Part shown: in pieces, positions 25,585 through 35,214 of the stretch
Layout: every line of letters starts with the position of its first letter
Position numbering within the stretch: the stretch's first letter is position 1
Assembly (NCBI RefSeq): GCF_009834535.1
Contig: NC_045697.1
Coordinates: forward strand, 31,188,001-31,252,000
Direction of reading: 5' to 3'
DNA length: 64,000 nt
From: Camelus ferus
Taxonomy: Eukaryota
The notes under the pieces: model-generated
The model's input: the letters and a program-made list of their open reading frames with translations, nothing else
What the model was told of the DNA's origin: nothing
Database searches by the model: none
Program-made: the position numbers and the translations under genes

Positions 25585-25977
25585 TGTGGTGGAAGGCGTT
25601 AGCACCCCTCATTGCTCCCTCCTCCCTGTGTCTGTGCCCTTTGTCATGTACCTTGGCAGTGGCTTCCTACTGTGATGCTGGCCCCATCCATGCGACTTTC
25701 ATTAGCCCATGTTAGGCGGAAGTAGTGGTAAGCCTAGTTTTTAAGAGACCTCGCGTGTTCCTGCTTGCTCTGGTTCTTCTAACATCCTCCTGAGAAGGCA
25801 TGCTAATCCTGGGAAAAGGACGTGGACAAATTTTAAATCACTCCAGCCAGTCCTACATAGAACTGAACCTGCAAAAGAATGAGAAATAAACATTTATTTT
25901 TGTCTGTCTGTCACTGAAGTGCCATTGTTTGCAGTGATTTCATGGCAATGATTTTATGGTAATAGCTAACTAACACA
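25585..25977 (+). mobile_element. MaLR solo LTR (MLT1F/G-like)
   Basis: 'ctccctgtgtctgtgccctttgtcatgt', 'aatgagaaataaac' and the terminal 'aatagctaactaacaca'. Confidence 0.75.
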
Positions 25978-26329
25978 ATTTAAAGGCAGATTTTTTAATA
26001 AAGGAAGAAAATGAAATCTCTACAATTTAAGGGAAAAAAATGAGAATTACCCAATGACAATGGATAGAGTCACCTATAACGCTGTGTGAAGAGACTTTTT
26101 ACACAAGCTTCCAAAAACTAATGTGTTTAAATGAATGTGGCCCTCAGAGCCCTCCTATTGCAAGACTATTCAATTATTTTAATAATGTTACTATAGGTTA
26201 AAAATTTCTCTTTGCAATTACTTTCCGATCCAGTTTATGAATCAGTAAGAAAATCCAGGTTATTTACTTCACAGCCACATCTTGTGAACGCAGAACACAA
26301 TGTTATTTTAAAGCTCATTAACACACTCT

Positions 26330-27390
26330 TGATATAATTGAACGCTGACTCAGACAGCTTTAACCCTGTCAACCTGATTAAACTTTAGGCAGATTTCTTC
26401 CTTTCCATAATCCCCTGACCTCCCATTTCTTAGCACTTTTACTTTAGAAAACTTGCAATTGTAAATTCTTTTTTTGGCCCATAGAATGTAAATTTCTCAA
26501 CCTCTTGCCAGGTTTACAACCCAGGGATGTCTTTCCCAAAGACCTGAGGGTCATCCTTTTGAATATAATTATCAAGAAAGATAATAGTCAAGACATGGAA
26601 ACAACCTAAATGTCCATCGACAGATGGCTGGATAAAGAAGTTGTGATATGTTTATACAATGGAATACTACTCAGCATAGAAAAGAATAAAGTAATGCCAT
26701 TTGCAGCAACATGGATGGACCTGGGGAAATCATCATTCTAAGTGAAATAAGCCAGAAAGAGAAAGAAAAATACCATATGATATCACTTATATGTGGAATC
26801 TAAAAAAAAGATAAATGAACTTATGTATAAAGCAGAAACAGACTCACAAACATAGAGAACAAACTATGGTTACCAGGGGGGAAAGGAGATGGGAAGGGAT
26901 AAATTGGGAATTCAAGATTTGCAGGTACTATTATATATAAAATAGATATACAACAAGTTTCCTCTGTATAGCATAAGGAACTATATTCCATATCTTCTAG
27001 TAACCTATTATGAAAAAGAATATGAAAATGAATATATGTATGTATATGTATGACTGAACTATTATGCTGTACGCCAGAAGTTGACACATTATAAACTGAC
27101 TATACTTCAATTAAAAAAAAAAAAAAGCACCCCCACCTTTCAGTCTCTGTGGAAGGGTAGAAGCCTAATTTAGATAAGCACCAATCAGCAAACACAGATG
27201 AACTAATCCCATTGACTAACTTCCACCCTGAAGTCCTCCAGGACTTCTCCACTAGCTCATCCCTCATGCAAAAACCTTCCCACGTTGTGTTCCAGTGGAG
27301 TGGAGTTCAATCTCTCTTCCCTATTGCAGGAGACTTGGGTAGAGTTTTCTTTGCTTGTTTAACTCCGCTGGATGCAAATTTTCTTTGATA
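26330..27390 (+). mobile_element. MER31-like ERV1 solo LTR, split by an L1
   Basis: 'actttagaaaacttgcaattgtaaattcttt...atcaagaaagata' resumes after the L1 as 'cagtctctgtggaagggtagaagcctaa...agcaaacacagatg'. Confidence 0.8.
26584..27126 (+). mobile_element. Camelid-type L1 3' end, 5'-truncated
   Basis: ORF2 end 'aagacatggaaacaacctaaatgtccatcgacagatg', L1 3'UTR and poly(A) at 27113-27126. Confidence 0.92.
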
Positions 27391-28713
27391 AGGCAAAATA
27401 ATAATCTGAACTGGTTTTCTCAAAACAAATCAAGCCCAGCATGTATACTTCTAAAAAATTATTATTATTGTAACCAAACCCAATATAAAGAAGAAAATGG
27501 AAGCAATTTTGTATAAATTCTTACCTGAGAAGCTCTTAAAAGTCAATTTCCTTTGCTCTCATTCCTTTTGAGAGTTTTATGTTTAGTCATTTCTTAACAC
27601 ACTGAATTGGCACTTTAAGATTTGAAGGTACATAATTCTTCAGGGATTAGCTTTCTTTTCCTTTGAATTCATCCCTTTAAATTTTACTAATATTGAAGTA
27701 ACGTTCTCTCTCCATAGAGGCTTAAGATATTTAAACGTGAAATGTGGGGACTTTCTTCAATGTAACTGTGACATAAAGGATATTTTGTATTCCGTTTTAA
27801 TAGGATATCACACAGTACTCAGTGGTGAAATATTTGGGGTAGGCAATTATGTTCCTTTAATGGGATCTCTTTTGATGATGCCACTATCAATCGTTGTTAA
27901 TAACGACAAAACAACTGCGATAAAAATTATCTTTGCTAAGCAGTGGAACTTTTGAGGCATCTTGGAGGAAATTTTGAGATTCTCAAGGTTCTTTCTACTG
28001 GTTATATTAATTTGGTTAATCATTTGGAGCTAGCTTCAACGTGTTTCTAGAAATGTCTAAACAGTTGCCTTTTCTTAGGTCAGTTTTTTTTTTTTAATAA
28101 TATGAGGGAGAGAAGAGAGATTTTGGGGGATGTAAATTAACCAGAGCTGAGGAGAGAAATAAAATGGATGCTAAAGAAAATTTGCCTTTACAAGATAGAA
28201 AGATATTCAAGCAAGGTGATATTAACTTTTTAAAAACTAAATGTAGAGGAAAGACAGCACCCTTTCATAGAAACATATACAGACAAGGAACAAGGGAGGA
28301 TGAACACAGGAATTTCTCATCATGAATGAGTCTTAAATACTGTTTATTGAACACAGGTATGGGGCCTTCTGCACTGGCCACTAGGCTCACCTGGTACATC
28401 CATTTCACTTTTTGCATCATAAGTTGGGATACTTGCCCTGGTAATTGTAAATCTATGCAAAGAGGACAGTAAGGTAAACTGCTGTCAGTAAATGCGGAAG
28501 TTGAGCTTAAAATCTTTTTGTACAATGTGGTGAGCTAAAGCTTATCTACTCTATTAGGGCTTCAGAGAGAAAAGATGCTGGATGGGGTGGTGATAGAGTT
28601 GGAGAGAATCAGAGATTAAGAAAAAATGTGAATGCCAAACAGTAAAATTATAATGAGATTATCTTGATAGAAGAAAACAAGTGGTAAAACACTTTGCTAG
28701 CTTTTCGACGGCA

Positions 28714-28732
28714 GTGTCAGCAGGTGGCGATA
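28714..28732 (+). promoter_or_regulatory. CTCF-like motif
   Basis: GTGTCAGCAGGTGGCGATA closely fits the CTCF core CCASYAGRKGGCRC. It lies in a CpG-retaining patch. Confidence 0.5.
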
Positions 28733-29125
28733 GTGTGCTTCTAATAGATGATGGTATGCGCTGGGAAAGTCGGTCTGTGGGTTGTGGAGATGCACTGCTC
28801 TCCTCCGCAGGGTGTCTGGGGATGCGATATGTGCACTCCAATACAAATCTGAGATGCATAATTCTTTTAGTATATATAATATATTAAACACATGTATGTA
28901 CAGATGATTTGCATTTGTAATTACAAATTCATGAGTTATTTCTAAAAAAAAAAAAAAAAAAAAGCCTAATAATAAAAACGTGTATCTGAAATTACTCAAC
29001 GTAAGTTTTAAAAAATTTCCAGGCTCAGTTCTTCTAAATTTCCTTTAAGTTCTGGACCAATTCATCTGCCAAGGGACACACTGTTCTGTAGGCAGAAAAT
29101 TAGGGAAATTGGCAGTGTGCTATCG

Positions 29126-29290
29126 AGCGGAGTTCCTCAAACTTTAATGTGATGCGCGTTACCTAAGAATCCTGTAAAGTGTGGGTTTGGGTTCAGGAGA
29201 TCCGGGTGGAACCTGAGATTCTCATTCCTAGCAAGTCCCCTGATACTGCTGACACTGTAGGTCTTCATACTACACTTTGTATAACAAGGC
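29126..29290. mobile_element. MER5A hAT-Charlie MITE
   Basis: 'gttcctcaaactttaatgtg', 'gggtggaacctgagattctcattcctagcaagtcccctga' and 'cacactttg'-like end. Confidence 0.8.
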
Positions 29291-29910
29291 TATTCAGGAG
29301 TTCCTATCAGACCTATGCTCAGCCCTGGTGATCTTTAACTAGATAAGTCACCTTGGTGAGGTCATTTCGTTACTTTGACTCGCTAATAATAAAACAAACA
29401 GAGAAGTAAAATAATATCTCTTCTGTATTTTGGTTTATAGCAATCATTTTGGAATCCTATAAAACCCTGAGTCATCTATCAAAGAAGATGTTGTTATGTA
29501 TTCAGATAATAAGTTGGGCATACCGACTTGAAAGTTTTAAATAATGTTTGACACATGAAAATAAAATTATTGACTAAATGTGAAAAGTTAATTTAATTCT
29601 GATTTTAGTTTTCTGGACTGACTGACTTTTCACCCAAAGAGATGATTGAACTACAAGATGAGTGTAATGAAAGCTATCTCAAATGAAAACATTGACAGCA
29701 AATCTAAAAACTGGGTGAAATACATCACTGAAAGGAATGAAAAAATAAGTAGCTCTGGATAATTTAATTACATAATTATGATTTTAAATAGTACCCAAAG
29801 AAGAAATGAGAAAGCAATTGTGAGTCATTTAATTACATGATTGTAATAATAAATTACTATCTCAGTAGGGGTATCGAGATCAGTAAAGACCACTTAGTTG
29901 GTGCCCACGA

Positions 29911-29929
29911 TGTCAGGGAGGTGGCGCTA
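29911..29929 (+). promoter_or_regulatory. Weaker CTCF-like motif
   Basis: TGTCAGGGAGGTGGCGCTA: the 3' half matches well and the 5' half poorly. Confidence 0.3.
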
Positions 29930-30779
29930 GCCTGGGCAGGCACAGACACTTCTCCTTAAGTCTAGTCTTCCTGCTAAGTTTGATCCCTAGTTTGTTTCCC
30001 TGAGTAAAAGTTCCCAGACACATACTGCTTGTCCATATGTGTGCCAGCTGTAGGACACTGACTAAGGGCAGTTTTATTTCATTGGGCATTTGTTACCTTT
30101 GTAATTCATGCTTGCATATTCAGCAACTGAGTCATCACAAGTAAATGGCTTCTCAGACTGGCAGGCACCATGAAGCAGCCTAAGTTTCCTCATCTATAAA
30201 ATGTGAGTTTTAGCAGAACCCAACTTTATAAAGAGGAAATTACAGGAGCCACGATGCTTGGAAACACAGCTCTGATAGAGTAAGCCGTCAGTGCGTGTTG
30301 ACTGCGGTTGCTCCGTTTGCCAGCATTGTTATCAGCAGTTGCTATTGCTGGACTGCAGGAATTGATACTAGCTTATTTCTGAGTTCGTAGATTGTGGTGA
30401 CCTTGGGACACATTAATAGCCAGAATTCAATGCTCAACTATGCGCTACAACTGTGTTTCACTGTTTCAGCCTTGTTTTAAAATCATAGTTTTCTTGTAGG
30501 TATCATTTTAATCTTTGACAAAAGTTTTATCCTCTCTTAAGAAGGAGTCAAGTTAGCTGATTAATTACTCTAACACTCAGGTAATTCTGTACATATTTTT
30601 AATATTATGGGTAATTGTCATTACTAATAACTTTTGTAGTCTTTCTTATAAAAGCACTAACCAGCTTTTGCATTTTTCACATTGATCTTAGAAAGCACAA
30701 CAAGCTGAATTTTCCTAAAGATGAATTCTCCCAAAGGTGAATCGAAATAGTCAAGTGCAGGTGTATTTAGTGAATTTCA

Positions 30780-30985
30780 TATGTGCTGTGTGCTTTGGCG
30801 GAGCTGGCTTCTTTAAGACTCATAGCCATTCCATGAAGTAGGTAGGTAGGGCTTGTTATCTGATTTCCACAGATGAGGAATTAGATTTAAAATGTGAGTT
30901 CAGTTCTTTTTCCGCAGCCACACAATTTCTAAGCAGCAGAGAAGGATTTCAAGCCCAGGTCTCACTGCTCAGGCCCATCAATTAC
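30780..30985 (-). mobile_element. MIR SINE
   Basis: 'ccatgaagtaggt..atttccacagatgaggaa...aggatttcaagcccaggtct'. Confidence 0.7.
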
Positions 30986-31557
30986 TCTTTTCAAAACCAC
31001 GAAGCGTCTTTGAACTTAACAAGGAGGTCTGGGTGGGTGCTTCACGGGGTAGTTGAGTTCAACCCTGAGTAGGTGTATTCGCCCACTCGGGGATGTAATT
31101 ACAAGCTGTGAAAATTATAAATATAAGCAGTGCTATCACAGGGAGGAACAGACTGTTGGTACAGATGGTGAATTGGAGGTGGAGGCAGCGTGTCAGAGAA
31201 GGACTCGGTCTCCTGGCTTTACAGATGAGAAAGCGGGGTCCTTACAGATCGCAGGACTGGGTGAGGTCGCTGAGGGAGGTGACAGGCCAACACCAGGACC
31301 TGTGTCTCCCCCCTCAAGACCCAGAAGTTTTCACTTGGTGTCTTTTTGTTAATTAGTATTTGCAGATAGCCTGGTAGGTTGTAAAATTCAGTAACTATTT
31401 TTCTCGGATGTGTGTAGCACTATAAACATGTGTCTTAAAAAAAGAAAAAGAAGTCCTTTTCCCTGAGGAAAAGGTATTAAGAATAGTTACAATATTTAAG
31501 TGAATTTTTGTTGTGTATTAGTGTATGTCTTTATACCACTATACATACATATACATA

Positions 31558-31599
31558 CAGAGAGAGAGAGAGAGAGAGAGAAATAGAGATAGAGAGAGA
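31558..31599. repeat. (AG)n microsatellite
   Basis: AG run with interruptions. Confidence 0.9.
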
Positions 31600-32784
31600 A
31601 AAATAAGTAGATGTTAACCATATAAAATTGAAGACACTAACCCAAGGCTGATTATTAAACTTCTGCCTGGCATCAGAGATGATCTCAAGGTAGAGACCAC
31701 TAACTATACCCAAAATACCCAAGATATGACCTTCAAGGAAAATAGCCTTGGAAAAGAATGATCAGAATGACAGAGAATTTTGCAAAGACTTTATCTTTTA
31801 GGGGCACCAACAATAGCATGTGTTGGCCCCACAGGGGCCTGTTAGGCAAATCTTACCTCTGACGCTCTGGAAACTGCTCGCTGAATCCAGCACAGCAGTC
31901 ATCCACTGGAGGGTGGTTACATGAAACAAGGGTTGTCAAGGGGGTGAACCAGTTCCACAGCCGCCGTGTGAAATGGACTGCCTTCACAGAAGAGCCTGTC
32001 ACACCCAGTTCTGCGTCAGGGGTGTTGGTGTGAGGCGAGCAGAACAGAGAATTAGATACACGAGGTCACCCAGCGGTCAAGCTTAGGGCTGGTCTGTGAG
32101 CTTGATTCTCACGTTTATGGTTGATATATGTGAAGTTTTTGTCCAACTCTGTCTTCCTTGCCTAATGCATGGGGCTGAAGCTAACAGTGCTGGATGTTCA
32201 AAATGGAAAGCTAGCATGGCTGATTTCCTGGGGCCTCTGAGGACTAAATGCTCATGGGTGGGTGGCAGAGTGTCCTTAAAGGTGAGGCGGAGCCTGCAGG
32301 GAGAGGCCCCAGAGTTAGGGAGAGCCTTCTTCACTGAGGTCACAGTATTAATCCAATCTTTACCAAGCTTTCAATTCCCAGAACTCCTTTTTACAGATTT
32401 TCCTCAGTGAATTTGAAATTTTCATTTTTATTTTCACCTCATTGTCCTTATTAAGTGTAAATAATTATCTGTCACATGGTTATTTTATTCAAATGTATAA
32501 AATCATTAATTAGACTATTTGATTACCCTAAGGTAACACTTCGTATCATACTGAGTTGTCATCACTTTAGCCAAAGCAAAATTGAACAAAACTAAAATAG
32601 AACTCACTGTTTTGATTAACCTGCAGGGTTTAATCTAAGACTAGCTTCAATATTTTTCAAAATGATGAATTTGAGCACTTCATTGTTAATTGGAACATCT
32701 CTGGATGGAAATCACTGGGTTAAATGTTTGGGTCTTTCTTCCTCCCTCTCTCCTCCTCCTCCTTCCTTCCATTCTTCCTTCCTT

Positions 32785-32884
32785 NNNNNNNNNNNNNNNN
32801 NNNNNNNNNNNNNNNNNNNNNNNNNNNNNNNNNNNNNNNNNNNNNNNNNNNNNNNNNNNNNNNNNNNNNNNNNNNNNNNNNNNN
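32785..32884. other. Assembly gap (100 N) inside a (CCTT)n-like repeat
   Basis: 100 Ns flanked by ccttcctt runs on both sides. Confidence 0.98.
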
Positions 32885-33168
32885 CTTCCTTCTTCCTTCT
32901 TCCTTCCTTTCTGTATACGTGATTCAGAATCACAATATGCTAATATCTAAGAGTCAGGGGAGAAGGATAACTTAGGTGGGATGACTAATTTGAAACAAAT
33001 AAATGATAGGTTGTCGGATAAGAGAAAGCAATGGGGGCTGGAGTTTGCAAGACAGTTTTAGGTTTAACATGACAGAGTCCAAGAGCAGCAAACTTATGGA
33101 GTGGCAATTAGGTCTTCCAAGAAACTTGGTTGGAAGGTTTCAAGACTTGAGAGAAAGATTTGATTTCC

Positions 33169-34613
33169 TTTTTTTTTTTTTTTTTGATCTGATACATGCT
33201 TTTTATTTTTTTTTAACATTTTTTATTGATTTATAATCATTTTACAATGTTGTGTCAAATTCCAGTTTTCAGCACAATTTTTCAGTCATTCATGGACATA
33301 TACACACTCATTGTCACATTTTTTTCTCTGTGAGTTATCACAACATTTTGTGTATATTTCCCTGTGCTATACAGTGTAATCTTGTTTATCTATTCTACAA
33401 TTTTGAAATCCCAGTCTATCCCTTCCCACCCTCCACCCCCCTAGTAACCACAAGTCTGTATTCTCTGTCTGTGAGTCTATTTCTGTCCTTTATTTACGCT
33501 TTGTTTTTGTTTGTTTGTTTGTTTTTGTTTTTGTTTTTTAGATTCCACATATGAGCGATCTCATATGGTATTTTTCTTTCTCTTTCTGGCTTACTTCACT
33601 TAGAATGACATTCTCCAGGAGCATCCATGTTGCTGCAAATGGCATTATGTTGTTGGTTTTTATGGCTGAGTAGTATTCCATTGTATAAATATACCACCTC
33701 TTCTTTATCCAGTCACCTGTTGATGGACATTTAGGCTGTTTCCATGTCTTGGCTATTGTAAATAGTGCCGCTATGAACATTGGGGTGCAGGTGTCATCCT
33801 GAAGTAGATTTCCTTCTGGATACAAGCCCAGGAGTGGGATTCCTGGGTCATATGGTAAGTCTATTCCTAGTCTTTTGAGGAATCTCCACACTGTTTTCCA
33901 TAGTGGCTGCACCAAACTGCATTCCCACCAGCAGTGTAGGAGGGTTCCCCTTTCTCCACAGCCTCTCCGGCATTTGTCATTTGTGGATTTTTGAATGACG
34001 GCCATTCTGACTGGTGTGAGGTGATACCTCATTGTAGTTTTGATTTGCATTTCTCTGATAATTAGTGATATTGAGCATTTTTTCATGTGCTTTTTGATCA
34101 TTTGTATGTCTTCCTTGGAGAATTGCTTGTTTAGGTCTTCTGCCCATTTTTGGATTGGGTTGTTTATTTTTTTCTTATTGAGTCGTATGAGCTGCTTATA
34201 TATTCTGGAGATCAAGCCTTTGTCGGTTTCACTTGCAAAAATTTTCTCCCATTCCGTAGGTTTTCTTCTTGTTTTACTTCTGGTTTCCTTTGCTGTACAG
34301 AAGCTTGTAAGTTTCATTAGGTCCCATTTGTTTATTCTTGCTTTTATTTCTTCTAGGAGAAAATTTTTTAAATGTACGTCAGATAATGTTTTGCCTATGT
34401 TTTCCTCTAGGAGGTTTATTGTATCTTGTCTTATGTTTAAGTCTTTAATCCATTTTGAGTTGATTTTTGTATATGGTGTAAGGGAGTGTTCTAGCTTCAT
34501 TGTTTTACATGCTGCTGTCCAGTTTTCCCAACACCATTTGCTGAAGAGACTGTCTTTATTCCATTGTATATTCTTGCCTCCTTTGTCAAAGATGAGTTGA
34601 CCAAAAGTTTGTG
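33169..34613 (-). mobile_element. Young camelid L1, 5'-truncated (~1.4 kb)
   Basis: Poly(T), 3'UTR and intact ORF2 tail. TSD tgatttccttttt (33161-33173 / 34612-34624). The minus-strand target reads TT/AAAAA, the L1 endonuclease consensus. Confidence 0.96.
33538..34611 (-). CDS. L1 ORF2p C-terminal remnant including the Cys-rich CCHC region; not a host gene and non-autonomous
   Basis: 320-aa ORF from 34500 ([46 protein letters not shown]). The frame is also open for 37 codons upstream to 34611 ([31 protein letters not shown]...). Confidence 0.93.
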   Translation of the reverse strand, partial: QTFGQLIFDKGGKNIQWNKDSLFSKWCWENWTAACKTMKLEHSLTPYTKINSKWIKDLNIRQDTINLLEENIGKTLSDVHLKNFLLEEIKARINKWDLMKLTSFCTAKETRSKTRRKPTEWEKIFASETDKGLISRIYKQLIRLNKKKINNPIQKWAEDLNKQFSKEDIQMIKKHMKKCSISLIIREMQIKTTMRYHLTPVRMAVIQKSTNDKCRRGCGERGTLLHCWWECSLVQPLWKTVWRFLKRLGIDLPYDPGIPLLGLYPEGNLLQDDTCTPMFIAALFTIAKTWKQPKCPSTGDWIKKRWYIYTMEYYSAIKTNNIMPFAATWMLLENVILSEVSQKEKEKYHMRSLICGI

Positions 34614-34644
34614 ATTTCCTTTTTAATTACCATTTGGCCAGAAA

Positions 34645-35214
34645 TTAGCTTCCCTGTGTGTGACTGTAACAAAGAAGAACAAACCTGACTCCATATGTGA
34701 TCTATTCCTTCGGCTCTAACCCTTGTCCTCTGTTGCCTGTGCTTGGTCATGCTGGTTCTGCACCTTGTAAGAGAGTGTTGCCTGTAGCCTGAAGTATACA
34801 TGATAGCCCATCTCCAAGGCTCTGCCTCCAAGGCTTGATCTTTAAAGATATAACACTTTTCATTCATATAGAGAAAAAAAGTTGCAGAACAGAGAATAAC
34901 ATTTGTCTTGTGGGAGGTTTGCAGGAACATCATGACCAGACCTACATGTATCACTACAGGAACAAAGAATTATTACATCCCTCCAGGGCCTGGCCAGTGC
35001 TAAGAAGTTTGCAACAACCACCCACACCCCCTTCCCTTTTAGTAAAAGAAGACTGGATTCTGAATCGGGCAAGATGATTCTCTGGGATGTTAGTCCACCA
35101 TCTTCTTTGTTTTCTGGCTTTCTTAATAAAGTCGCTATTCCTTGCCCCAGCACCTCATCTCTCAATTTATTGAACTGTTGTGCAGTGAGCAGTATGAGTG
35201 TGAACTCAGTGGCA
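34645..35214 (+). mobile_element. ERV1 solo LTR (artiodactyl-type, possibly MER41-like)
   Basis: tgtaac...gtggca ends, AATAAA at ~35125, and 4-bp TSD tgac/tgat. Confidence 0.85.

Noticed and set aside
32662..32975. Four overlapping ORFs
   Set aside because: They are open only because they cross the N gap and a low-complexity tract.
34040..34600. 186-aa plus-strand hydrophobic ORF
   Set aside because: It is the antisense shadow of L1 ORF2, a common artefact.
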